Origin: Geosiphon pyriformis uo1
Taxonomy: Eukaryota > Fungi > Glomeromycota
Reading direction: 5' to 3'
Length of the DNA: 35,497 nt
NCBI GenBank assembly: GCA_016748015.1
Contig: JAAOMT010000483.1
Coordinates: forward strand, 280,163-315,659
The position numbers and the translations under genes were made by a program. This document shows, piece after piece, positions 11,449 to 24,375 of this stretch (its first letter is position 1; every line of letters starts with the position of its first letter). A model generated the notes under the pieces. It was not told where the DNA came from and searched no databases. It saw only the letters and a program-made list of their open reading frames with translations.

Positions 11449-13315
11449 ATGATTTAATATGAAAAGTTGCTATGTGTAATATTCATGGCATCAATGTGCT
11501 GGCTAAGCAAGAAGATATTGTACATTAGCACAAGGATTCTGGTAATATAATCTCAATAATTACTGAAACAAAATTAAGATCTGGTGTTAGGCCTTGGATT
11601 ATGAACAAGTTTAATGGTGTGTGGGTATTTATTTTTGGTTTAAATGAGGGTTTTCTTGGTGCTGAAGTGGCAATTATTATGAACAATTCTCTGGCTTGTC
11701 ATGTTTCTAAGATCAAAAAAGTTTCTGGTTAGGTTATTTTGGTGTGGCTTCTCTTTAAAGGCAAGCTTTCAGTGATGGTTTTGGGTCTGTATGCTGGTGC
11801 TTTTGCTGAGACTAGGTTTGGTTAAGCTTTGAAAATCAACTCCTTTATTGTTAAGACTGTAAACTCCAGCTTTTTCATATTTTTGGATGGAGATTTCAAT
11901 GAAAATAGATTTAAAAGAAGTGTGAGTTTTAAGTTTTGCTCAGATCTGGATTTGGGCAATTTTTTTGGTAGATATATGCTGGCCAAAACTGCTACTTGGA
12001 ACAATTTAAGAGGTGCTGAAAAAATTATTGATTACATCTTTGTAAATAAGCAATTATTGTCTGCAGTAGCTGGTCTTAAGATTGATTTTATCTTTGAATT
12101 CTTTGATACAGATCACAAAGCTGTTCTGGTCTTAGTTAGTCTGAAAAGACTTTTGAATATTCATCTCAACAGCATATGTAGACAAACTAATAGAGATAGA
12201 TAGAAATTTAAAATCAAGGATGTTAATGCAAATAAGTAGTCACGTTTTAGAGAATGTTTATTGAATAGGTTCTTAGTGAGATTGGATGAATTTAATAGGA
12301 CAAAAAATGATGGAAATTTGAATACTATGTAAGATATTTTTAAGAGAGTGGTTGTGGAGTCAGCTGATGAAGTGTTTTCCAGATTTTGGTTTAGTAAATT
12401 TAAGTGTTTGAAGAATAAACAATCTTCTAAGTTTTTCAAGCTAGAATTGGTGGTAGCTAAAATAGTAAGGTGTTTGAATTTAGGTTAGAGGTCAGAAGTT
12501 AATTATCTTATTCATACTTGGCTAGCTATTGATAATAAAAAAGCTTTCCAAGTGTGTATCATGCTCAAAGATAACAATAGCATGAGAGATATATTACATC
12601 ATTTGTCAAAAGTCAAGAAAAGGTATCATAAATCTAAATATTATGAGTCTAGAGTTGTCAGAAACATTTTTATTAAAAAAACAATAGATAAGCACATGGA
12701 AAACTTTTGCTCTAATAAAGAACGTATGATTAAGAGTGTTTTGGAATGGTCATTTCAGAAGGTTGTTCTCAATTATTTGATAGTGAATAATAAACTGGTT
12801 TTGGTGCCTGAAAAGATCAAGTCTACAGTTGATTGTATTATGGAGAGATAGACAAGGAAGCATGTGATCTCCAATTTTCTACATGCTTGATGGTCTGATC
12901 AATATGGTCTTCTGGTTTATGTCAATAATGATGTATTTTTAAATGTTATATGTGATATCAATTCTGATGAATTCCTTTAGGTAATTAATAATCTGCTTGA
13001 CAAGAAGACTGTTGGTCTTTCTGGCATTTTTAATGAACTTTAAAAGCATGGAAATAAAAAAGTTTTAGGCAGTTTGTTGGACATTTTGAATTTATGCCTG
13101 GTGTTAGGTGCAGTGCCTACATATTAAAAGCAGGTCTGAGTTTTAATGATACCTAAACTGTATAACTGGAGGAGAAATCTGACTAACACTAAGCCTATAG
13201 CTTTAATTTAAATGGCCCAAAAGATATTATTTAAGATTCTATTAGATAGAATATTTTTGGTCTGTAATAAATTTGGTATCTTATATGATAATAATTTTTC
13301 AGTTCTTAAAAGTAT

Positions 13316-13980
13316 TGTTATAGTTGAAACTTATACTTCTTCTTAATTATTACATGTATTAGCCATTGATGTCACATAAATTAGCCACTCTATTTTTAGT
13401 AAGTAATCATTGACCTAGTCATTGATCTGATCATTGACCACTTTTGACAACTATATAAGCAATGAATCTCTTAGCTGTAAAAAGGCATGAAGAAATGAAG
13501 AAATCAAGGAAATCAAATAAATAAAATAACAACTTTTATCTCAATCTCTCTTTTATTGCTAATTTCTCTTTCCCTACTTTCAAGTATCTGAACATCTTAA
13601 AGATAAAAGATTACTTGTTGGTTATTTCTTACTCTTTTTCCTGAAAACGTGTAATTACAACATTTGGAGATTATTGAATAAAACGTGACTGAAGAGCACA
13701 TTTGATACTTGATATTGAATTCTAAGAGTGCTGACATAAGGCATAGAATTATACCAAGTGTGATCATTTGTTGACAGTATGGATTATCCTTCTATCTTTA
13801 GATTCTCCAGTTATCTTTGAAAAGTATAGTGACTGAGATATTTTATGAGACTGATCTCGCATATTGAATTCATACTCATTCAATTTGCTCTTTGAAGTTG
13901 AATTCTCTTTGATTATTTCTATCATCCTACAATTCTGTTCTCCCTTGCTATCTATTAACTTGTTATTCCAACCCATAACA
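13316..13980 (+). repeat. Solo LTR of a third family (665 bp) with 4-bp TSD GTAT
   Basis: TGTTAT...ATAACA flanked by GTAT (13312-13315, 13981-13984); removing it restores LINE RT NFSVLKSMSTYSPIFAVG. Orientation inferred from TATATAAG at about 13453. Confidence 0.88.
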
Positions 13981-14781
13981 GTATGTCCACTTATTCTCCA
14001 ATTTTTGCTGTTGGGTTGATAATTGAAGATGTACTGGAAAAAGACAGAGAACTGTGATTAGTTCTCTAGAATATGTAAAAAGCTTATAACTTAATTAGAT
14101 GGTTTTACTTACAGAAAAGCTTGGCTAGAATCAAAATGTGCCCCCATTTCATGAGATTTTTTGAAAGTATACATAATAATTGAATCAATTAGATGATAAT
14201 AAATTTTGGTCTAACTGATGGGTATATTGTTCATGATGGCTTGGATCAAGGAGAAGTTTTCTTACCACTGCTTTGGAGAATTTTTTATGATTCTTTACTT
14301 TGTGAGATCAAGAGACATAAACAATTGTGTAGTTACAGATTGAGTTTGAAGTTTTTCACAAGAACTGGCAGATATGATCCTAAGAGTAAAAAAGAGTTGT
14401 TTTTTGCAGTTGGTGCTTTTGTTAATGACACTATTTAGATTAGTAATTGTATGGCAGTCATGCAATACATTTTGGATATTGCAAGCAAGTTTTTTTTAAT
14501 CAATAATATTTTGATTAATACAGACAAAACAGTCACCATTCTTATCAACCAGAGAGTTAGAACTGCATTACTGTCTATCAGTGATTCCAATATCTTGATT
14601 GTCAAAAAACATGAATTTTTTGATATTTGGGAATTTTCTTCTCAATAAATAATCTGTCTAAACCGAGCTTAGTCAAAGCTTATTTGGATGTCAGGTTTTT
14701 TTTTAATGTGGTGCTGAGGAAGGCCATTACTGAGAAGCAGTTTTTGTATCTGGTTTCTACTGTTTTACAACCCATAGTCAG

Positions 14782-15752
14782 TGTTACTGGAGGTTTTTGG
14801 TCTCTTTTCTTAAATGTTGTTAATGTTGATTTGTTGCTAATTTACATTTCTAGAAATAGTTAAACCTCCAATAACTGAATTTATCTTCAAATTATCTCCT
14901 ATAATTTGAACTGCTGGACTTATAAGTGGAATAGCCAATTCTTTGCCAGTTACTTTATGTAGTTACATTGTAATAAATGTCAACTCTTTCCCAGAAATTG
15001 TTCATCTAGAAGCTCACTAAAAATTTGTAGTTACTTTGCTGTGAAAGTTAACTCTTCTACAGGAATCTCGTCTGTAGGCTACCCTAATGATTCTGATAAG
15101 AAAAAAAAAGAAAAATAAAAGAAATGTAAAAGAAATAGAATTTTGTTAAGGGAAACGTTTTCTATTCAGGTCTGGAGTCACTAACAGATTATTGAAATTG
15201 GTAGCTAATCAATTTCAAAACGTTAGTTGTGTTGAGCGAATTTCAAGTGTAATAATTTAAGAATTTAGTTTTCAAATATTTAATTTTTATTTGAATGTGT
15301 AAATGGTAATTTGTTTCAATTAAGATATCTAAAGTAAAGTACTATGATAAGATACTATGAAAAGATACATTTTCTTGAAAAGAAAAGCTTTTCTTTTATA
15401 CAACTTGTTGTAGTACTAGTCTTTAAACTTGCACTTTTCTCTTTGCTACAATTTGGGTGAATTAAAAATACATTTTGGCAAATTTACAAGTTATTTCACT
15501 GAACTATTGATTATTTCGGCAAATTTTCATTAATTTTGGCGAATTTTGACTATGTTAAAAGGTTCAGAGTATTGTGTAATTTGATCATCTTAATTTTTAG
15601 AGTACAAATCGGATTATTGATTGAGTAATAATATTTGATAATTTGATTAAATAATAAGTGATAATCAAATTAATAATAATGTATGCTAATTAATAATAGG
15701 AATTATAAGGGTAATTTCATGCTAATTAATAACTAAAATTCTACTGGTAACA
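14782..15752 (-). repeat. Solo LTR of family C (971 bp), TSD TCAG/TCGG
   Basis: Full-length homolog of 5139-6111; removing it restores LINE QPIVGYRLQF. Confidence 0.93.
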
Positions 15753-17920
15753 TCGGCTATAGACTGCAGTTCAATTATGTTTCTAAAAATGTGTGTAAGA
15801 AATAGAATAAAATGCTAAGAAAAGGGTTAAAGCTCAAAGCCAATTTGGCTAGAAACTTCTCAAATGAAGCTGTGTATCATCCTGAATTATATGGTCTAAG
15901 AACTTTTGAGCAAGTGCTGGCTGAAAATTTGTTAACTGGTTTGGTTAACTTTGCTAATACTAATGAAATTCTCAGTAATTTATTTAAGCACAGAACTATG
16001 GATCTACAGACCACTAGCTGGATGCTCTGACACCTTCTTAGATTTCTGGCCAAGTTGTTGATTGATCCATTAGGTTGCTTTTTGGCTGGTGTAACACATA
16101 TTCTTAATTTGTGCAACCTGTTTTTGGGTGGTCATCTGCCTAATGTTTTTTAGGCTGGAAGTAAAATTGCAGTTTTGAACATGCTAGACTTGGGTCAATA
16201 TTTGAGTACAGTTAAGTTTTTTAAGAAATATGGTATTGTGTTTGTGAACCAACTTCTGGACCATCATGGTAAGTGCTTCATGTGGAATACTTTTTACAGA
16301 TGGAAAAAGCTGGATCCTAAAGATCTAGCTCCTGTCTGGTTTGTTTCTTTGGTAGAATTTATTGGTAGTAGGAGTTTGTCACATAGTGGGTTGTTGTTTT
16401 CTCAGTTCATTTCTGTTAATACTTTTTATAATTTTGGCTTTGTTTGTGAGTATTTGCTGAAATCTAAATTGAGTTCTATAAATGTTTACATAGATGGCTT
16501 GGTCAAAGACTTGGGATCGGTTAGTGCTCATGATAGTACTGCTGCATATTTTTCAGATGTAGATGTTAGTATTGGGGTCAGGGTAAACAAGTTGCTTTCC
16601 TTGACTTTGGTAGAACTGTAGGTCATTGCTTTTGTTTTGAAATGCATACTAGCTTCTAATTTAGTTATATTGTTTACAGACAGTCAAGCTTTACTAAACA
16701 TGTATTGCTTATATAATAGTATATCTGGTCCTGATTTTTGCAAAAAATGCTGGATTGAGAAAGAATATATTCATCAGATTATTTCTAAAAAAAGTTTATT
16801 AGTTATGTAAAACAAGATCAAGAGTCACTTTGGAAATATCAAAAATGAGTGTGCTAATTTCTATGCTAATACTACTGTCAATTCTAAGTTCTTTCTGTCT
16901 TTGGTGATTCCATGTTATTCTTTTAATGTTAAAGGCAAGCCTGTTTTTGAAAATGTTTGTTACTTTGTTAAAAAATTGTTTAATGCAGTCAATTTTGTTG
17001 GATGGGAAGCCAGGTGTGTTGATGGCATTGTAAATATAAGTTTCTATAATAAGATCAATATGATTAAGACTTTTAATGTTTGGTATTCTAATAACAAGAT
17101 GAATTCTGGCTACACTAGCTTAGCATCAGCTATGCTTTGGTTATACTTCATGAAGGCACTACACTATTACTTGCCAGTTGTTGTGAGAAAAAGATTGTAT
17201 AATCTAAGATATCTGAATATTGTTTGTATTAGATGTGAATTGGTAGAAGAATCTGATTACACATTCTTTTGCACTTATAACAGTGGGGTTAGGAATGAAA
17301 TATTGACAGAGGCTGTACTGGAATGGGATGTGTTGTTAAAGGCTTTGGCTGTGAAGAACATGGTTGTTCAATCTTTGAGTAAGGCTGTTTCATTTATTGA
17401 TTTGTACATAATACTGGCTAAAAGGTTTGTTTTAAAGGATTGGGTAACTAACATGGCCTGTTGTTTGGGTGCTGGTTCTGATAGTAATGTGATGATTGTC
17501 AAGTTGGTTCATTGTTTTGCTGAGAAGCACTGATCTGCTATTTGGTTATCTGCAACCAAAGTTAAGATTCTACTATGAAAAGCACAACCTTTTACCACAT
17601 AATAGATCTCCTATTTCTTCAGTGTCTGATTTGTCAACTTTGTGGTTTAATAAGATGATTTACAGTTTTGGCATTAGGTTGAATATACATGTCTGCTTTG
17701 GTTTGCATTCTTGTTTGTCCAAATTGGACTTTGGTTTTTTAAATAATGTTCTTATGATAAGTTATTTAGGTGTATAGTGCTGTCTTGATTGGTCCGAGTG
17801 GCTAATTGCATGTAAAAAGAGCATAAGCCATACTTAATTTAAAACTTGTCTTGGTTTTATGTATTTAGGTAGTGGTTGGGCTGTATTCATAAAACTTTAA
17901 TAAAAAAATAAAAAAATAAA

Positions 17921-18457
17921 TATCAAAACATTAATTGGTTTTTGGGAAATTTCAAATATAATTGATCTAAAAAATTTGGGTTTTTAAAGTATTTTTTTAT
18001 TACTTTTTTTACCAGATGATTTATTCTAATTAAAATAATTTTGAATAAGATAATTTTAAGATAAAATACATTTTCTCAAAAAAAAAAGCTCTTCTTTTAT
18101 ATAATTTGTTATAGTATTAGTCTATAAATTTGAACTTTTCTTTTTGTTATAATTTTAATAAACTAAAAATACATTTTAACAAATTACAAATTATTTTGAC
18201 AAATTATTAACTATTTTGGTAAACTATTTATTATTTTTACAAATTTCTACAAATTTTAGTAAATTTTTGAATGCTATATAGTCTAAAGTATTGTGTAATT
18301 TAATTATCTTAATTTCTATTATACAAATTGGATTATTAATTAAATAATAATCTTTAATAATTTTAATTAAATAATAAGTAATAATTTAAATAATAATATA
18401 ATAAAAATTATAAGAGTAATTTCATATTAATTAATGACTAAAATTTTACTGATAATA
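17921..18457 (-). repeat. Heavily AT-eroded partial LTR related to family C
   Basis: Aligns by eye with about 5570-6111; terminus ACTGGTAACA has decayed to ACTGATAATA. Confidence 0.75.
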
Positions 18458-19100
18458 GCATACAGTCTTAATAAATGTTTTTACTGGAATTTTTATTATT
18501 ATTATAGTTTAATTTAAATGTCTAGTTGATTTTTTAAGATTAGAATTTACCAAAATCTTTGCAGCTTTTGTTTTTTTTGTTACTTGCACTAAATTCAATT
18601 TAAAAGTAAATAATACATAGATAATCTTAGTAAATTTTAAAAGAATAAAAGCTTCCTTAAAACTATTAATACAAGTAAATAATTTTTTAACCATTTTTAA
18701 TTTTTCTTAAGAAGATTTTTTTATCACAGTATCTAAACTGGTATCTAAACTAATATTTAAATTAATATTTAAAACAAAAATTTTTTTAACCAAGACCTAA
18801 ACCAGATTTTTGAAAAAAAAAGTGATAAAGAAGTATTTATTACAAAGTTATTATCATTATTATTAAAAAATTAATTCTGTCCAAAAGTTTTTTTAAAACA
18901 TGCTTGGTTATAATTTTTGGTTCTTTTAGAGTACTATTAACATTTTCACTACTATAATTAACACTATTATTTTTTATTAATAGTCTCTTTTTATGTTAAT
19001 ACTCTCAAACTCAATAGTGTTTTCAGCTTTTAATTTCTTTTTATGTTTAAAATATTAGAGCCAATTGCTAGTTTATTATTAAACAAAAAAAGTTTTGAAG
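18458..19100 (-). pseudogene. Eroded coding relic, probably the N-terminal part of a LINE ORF1
   Basis: Track ORF 18509-18694 and flanks resemble, from recall only, ORF1 of this LINE type; boundaries approximate. Confidence 0.4.
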
Positions 19101-19851
19101 TAACTAACTAAATATTGAAAGAAAAACAATAAAAAAAAACAATAAACTTTTTTTTTAAAATTAAGATTCTTTAATAATTATTAAAATAAATAAGAGAAAA
19201 ATTTTTTTTTTGTTTTTGTTTATAATAAAATTTTCTATATATTTTACAATAATTATTTAAATAATTAAAATTATACTAATATAAAACTTATAATATTTTG
19301 ATTTTTTATAATTTTTTTTTATATTTAAAAGAATAAAACACATATTATTTATACATAAATTTATATTAAATACATTTTAAATTAAGAAAACTATTAAGTT
19401 ATTTATAAATATTTATGCTTTTATAAATTTATTAATATTAATATTAATATTATTTTTTAGTTCTTTGGAAATTTTAAAAACCAAAATTTTTAGATTATAG
19501 AATTTTATTTTTACTGTTATCAAAATCTTTAATTCATAATTTGTTAAATATTTTATTAACAAATATGTATAAAATATTCTTAAAAACAGTTTATATTTTA
19601 TTTAAATTACTATATTAATATAGTTTTTTAAAAGAATCAAATATTTTTATAGCTAATAAAAAATAAAATTTTTAAAAAAATTTTATTTGACAAAATTAAT
19701 ATTTTTAATAATTTTTGTTAAAAAATTTATACATAACAAAAAAAATAAGTATTCAACAAATTTTTTAATTTAATAAAAACAAAAATAGTTTTGTAATTAA
19801 TATTAAAAAATTTAAAAATATTGTATATATATTAATCTGTTGTAATTAAAG
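19101..19851. other. Extremely AT-rich low-complexity tract
   Basis: Very few G/C; (AATATT)n near 19434-19451; no ORF in the track. Confidence 0.7.
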
Positions 19852-22800
19852 TTTTTTTTTTATTTATTTATTTAATGAATGAAGTCCAAATATTGCCTAG
19901 TACAATACATCAAATAATTAATCTAAACTAGGTGTGAATTATGCATTTACTATATGCAATCAGCTACTCAAACCAATTAGGACAACACTATGTACCTATA
20001 TAAACAGAAACAGAGCCCCCAATACCTAAGAAAAATAAATGAGACTTACAAAATCCAAAACCCATACCAAATGCCTCATCAATACTCAACAGCCTAACTA
20101 CATCAGAAGAAAATAATGAGAACAGCCCAGAAATTGACCCAGAAATTAAACCATCAGATGGTATTAGCCTATTTTTCTCTATAAAAGCATGATGCTTGGC
20201 ATGAACCAACCAAATTTTCTTCCTAAAAGCAAGACAAAAGCTACACACAAAGTTTACAACTTTCTTATTCACAATCTTAAAATCTTTGAAAATTGATGTA
20301 GTTTCTCGAAACCAAATCTTAAAAACAAAGCTCTTGCAAAAAGCTGTATACACTGCAGTATTCGAAGCACAAGATAACAATAACTGAGACACACACAAAA
20401 AGAAGCTAGAAAGACCAAAAAGCACATGCCAAATAGTTGTATGGGCATCCAACAAATAACGATGAGCTGAATTATCAACCATGCAAGAAAAAGCATGATC
20501 TAAGACTTCAACATCACCACAATACAAACACAATACACTGGAATAACACCTGCCATATAATCACTTCCAAACAGCAACTGGCAACTAATGATGTAAAGCT
20601 TTCATAAAGTATGTATGAGAGCCAGCAGTAAGTTTACTAGTAAAGCCAGCAGCCATGTGTAAGTTGGGATGCCACACCAAGGATGAGCTAGGCCAATTCA
20701 TATCTGAAAACAAACTACTATCTAACATCTCAGATTCAGAACCAAGCTTCCAGTATGCATGATGAATAGAACAAAAAATTCCATGCACAAAATGTCTAGA
20801 ATTCCCAGAAACAACACTACTTTCAGCCAAAATACAACGTTCCATCAAGCCGAGAGAAAAGCACCAAGGGGAAAGAGAAGCTGTATTAGTGAAAACATCA
20901 GCACATTTATTGCCCAAGACAAAATAACCTCTAACCTTGCACCAAATAACATTTAAATTTTTCTTTCTAACAATGTTTACAATGTGCTAATGCTTCATTC
21001 AGCACCAATTTTGGAAGTCTGGATGCACCAAACTCAATTCTGATTTGCATGCATCCAAGACAGCCTGACTGTCTGTAAAAAGGCAAACTGAGCTAAAAGA
21101 AGGGACACACTCAAGAGCTAAAGCAATAGTCTGCAGCTCTGCTAAAGTAGAGGACAACAGACCAGAAATTCTAACTCCCAAATCCAAGTTTACATTCTCA
21201 AAAAAAACCACTGTGCCAGCTCTAACATTAGCACTTCCCAAGTCCTTCAAAGATCCATTTATATATACTGATAGGGTGTCAGCTCCAACATCCAACAATT
21301 GATTACAAATAAGCCCAAACTCACTAAATCTCAAAACACTTAAAAGTTCAGATTCATCCAAAGAGAAAAAACATACAAAGGAAGAAGCTACACCACCAAG
21401 AAAGTTAACAGAAAGCCTAAACCAGTCTGGAACAAAGCCATATGGGTCCAGTTTTTTCCAACACTTGAAGGTCTTCCAATTAAAAATAGTGCCTTTTTGA
21501 CAATAAAGCTGCTTCACAAAAGCTACACTATAGTGGCAAAGTGAAGAGAAAAATCTACAGAACTTAGACTCACCAAGGACAGTCAACATAGAAGTTTTAT
21601 CCCAAAAGTGGAAAGAACTGAACATTGGACTACTAAGAGATAAGTTGCAACCAAGAAAAATACAAACCACACCTGCCAAAAAATTATTAGAAGAGCTGAC
21701 TCTAATATGAGCTAGAGAGTTCAAAAGATGAAGTGGGTGCCAACTCAGAGTTTGCTAGTCAAAAGACCTGTGTGAAAACAAACATTCCAAAATCCCAACA
21801 GAGTTTGCGAAACACACAACAGAAGCTATTTTGTTTTTAGTCTGAACTTACTCAAAAGGCTTCAAACTATACAAAGAAGAGTAATAAAGCACATTGCTAG
21901 AAAAGTCAAGAGGCAGACCAGATTTCAATTTTAACATCTTGCAAACCATAGCATCTTACTTTTTGCACACTCTAATAGGAACAAAACTGAACTGCATTCT
22001 GTAGTTAACAATAGGATACAAAACAGCCAACACCAAATACAAAAACTGTTTATTTGAAATGGCCTTCCTCAGCACAAGATTGACAAAAAACCTAATGTTT
22101 AAATGCATCTTAGCCAAACTAGGCTTTGACAAACCATCTGTAGACAGAAAAATACCCAAATAGTAATGAGACCTCTCTTTCTTGATAATGGAAATAGATA
22201 AACCACTAATTAACAAAGAAGAACACTCTACCCCACAATTAATAAAAATAACCACTGTTTTGTTGTTATTAATAGAAATGTCATTGATTCTGAAAAATTT
22301 ACTAGCAATATTGAGAATGTGTTGTATTACAGTCTGATTGCTACCAACCCATATTGTATCATCAACAAAAGCACTAGTAGCAAAAAAAGATATCAATCCA
22401 GTCCGAGATTCTACACAACTAATCCTGACAATAAAATGAGAGTTCAGTCTATATTCACACACACTTTCCTGTCTCTTGATTTCACATAAAAAGGGATCAT
22501 AAAAGATGTGCCAAAGAAGAAGTGAAAAGACCTCTCTCTAATTCAAACCATCATGCACCTAATATCCATCTGTTAAACCAAAATCTGTCATAACTCTATT
22601 AACATGATCATTGTGAATACCACTAAAAAATCTAATGAATTTACTGCACATTTTTATCCTGACCAAGCTCTTCCTAAGATGCTCCTATCTAACTGAATTA
22701 TAGGCCTTTTGCATGTCCTGTAAGACAAGTCAGAGCTTATGGTTCTTCTCCAATATATCTTTAACTACTAAACCAATGGCAAAAATTGGAGATTGCATGG

Positions 22801-24375
22801 TCATACTCTTTAAAACCAAGAAATTGTCTCTTTGCAAAACATCAAAAGTGCTGCATGCTAAAGAAATTCTGTCCAAGAAAATCTTAGAAAGAATTTTACA
22901 CACAGTTTTAATCAAAGCAATAGGTCAGGTGTTCATTAAAACTCCCTTCCGTTCATATGACTTGGGAATTATTGAGACTCAGGCTTCCTTTCAAATACTT
23001 AACACTAGCTTTGGAAGCATTGCAGCAGATTAATCTTTAGTTTTTTTAAATTTTTGTTTGATCCATAAGTTTATTTAAAATCCCAGAAAGACCAACTGCT
23101 TTGCCATCAGGTAGATCAGAAACCACACCGAGCAACTTATTGAAATCAACTAAGCACATAACATTTGAAAATGCATCATCAAAAATGTAATTCAATGGCT
23201 AATATTAATAAGACCAAGAAACAGAAAAATTCTCCACCACCTCGCATTTCCTAGTCCAGCCCTCTATAATAACATCTACCCTGGCTTTGACCAGATTGGG
23301 CTCCAAAATTAGTTCATTCCCAACCATCAGATGGTTTAAGACTACCTTTCAAAAAGGATGTTTCAGCACACTTCTGATTATGTAACCTTTATTGGTCACA
23401 AAATTTTTTATTTGTTTGTCAACAACTGACCTAATTCTTGACTTTTCAGTCCACAAAAACTTAGCAAGCTAGAGGCACAATACAATTTTTGCATACTGAA
23501 AAAAGCCAAATGCACATGATTCAAATCTGCACCAGAATTTAATAGTGTCTGAACAGGCAAAGTCTTATCAGCATCCAAAGATTCCCAGTGGTCCAACAAA
23601 GATTCAAAAGCACCACCAGCACTTTCATGTAAAACTTTGGCAATCCTTAACACCAAAACTTCAAGCTTATAAAACTTAGAGGACTTTTTTGAGAAAACAC
23701 CATCATACTCCTTGAACCATTTTTTCTTAAAAACTTCATTTGCCGAAAAACACATCACTTTGTGCACAACATCTTATATAACATTCAAATCTGAAAACTT
23801 CACAGAAGTGGCAAACACATCTGAGAATAATGCTGCATTGGCTAATGTAGCACTCTCAAAATTGTTCTATTTAGTCTCATTAGTATTTTTAAAGTCAAAT
23901 TTTCACCAATTCCTATTTGCCTGCTTGTAAATAGAGTTCAATCATATATTCAAAAGCCCATCTAGACCCACAAACACAGTCCAATAATCAGTGTTAAAGA
24001 ATTTCCCAACATTAAACACATTACAATTCATTACAACATTAACCAAGTTTGAAGAAATAAACAAAAAATCAATCATCTTAGCCACACCATGAGAGTTAGC
24101 CTATGTTGGCATATTTACATGAAGACATCCACTTAAAAAATTGACCAAACCAAGATCCAGACACTTTTTGAAACTGGCACACTTATGAGACCCATTTTCA
24201 TTGAAGTTGTCACTCAGAATAACAAAAGATGACTTATTTATGGCTTTAGCAATCATAGAATTGATATCACCAGCTTGGGAAAACCAAGCTGCCAAAGAAG
24301 CACCAGCATAGAGCCCCAGAATTGAAACAAAAAGTTTATTTTTAAAAAGTAGCTTGAAAGAGATAAGTTGATCAG
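19852..24375 (-). mobile_element. LINE F (same type as D), cut in the APE domain by element E
   Basis: (TAAA)n/poly-A tail at 19852-19873 on minus strand; ORF2 fragments colinear with D. Confidence 0.92.
19988..24375 (-). pseudogene. LINE F ORF2: APE (partial), RT (FVDD), RNase H, CCHC knuckle
   Basis: DNFNE; AFVDDTIW; YINGS..AELQTI..FTDSQA..GNKCAD; CLYCGDVEVLDHAFSC. Confidence 0.92.

Larger units (their letters stand above)
11445..17777 (+). pseudogene. LINE D ORF2: AP endonuclease, RT, RNase H, Zn knuckle
   Basis: CNIHG, TETK, GDFNE, IDYIF, TDHK (APE); GLDQGE, FVNDTI (RT); YIDG..EL..FTDSQA..KSHFGN (RH); CIRC...C. Confidence 0.9.
10875..17920 (+). mobile_element. Non-LTR retrotransposon (LINE) D, 5'-truncated, interrupted by two solo LTRs
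   Basis: ORF1 tail, APE-RT-RNase H-Cys ORF2, short 3' UTR and A-rich tail at 17899-17920. Confidence 0.9.

Noticed and set aside
13689-13736. Hammerhead-like CTGAAGA followed by a GCAC/GTGC stem
   Set aside because: No GAAA follows stem II and stems I/III are not evident. The CTGAAGA near 25084 is not conserved in sister LTRs.
14627-14863. 78-aa ORF as a host gene (likewise 24101-24385 and 25283-25483)
   Set aside because: Chimeric read-through across LTR insertion junctions.
18458-18461. GCAT matching the left flank of C (5135-5138) as the TSD of one giant element
   Set aside because: The host sequences differ on the two sides and the two LTRs differ greatly in decay; likely coincidence given the NCGN bias.
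17965-19497. Roughly 23-bp inverted match between 17965-17988 and 19472-19495 as DNA-transposon TIRs
   Set aside because: Low-complexity AT sequence; the match does not extend and there is no TSD.
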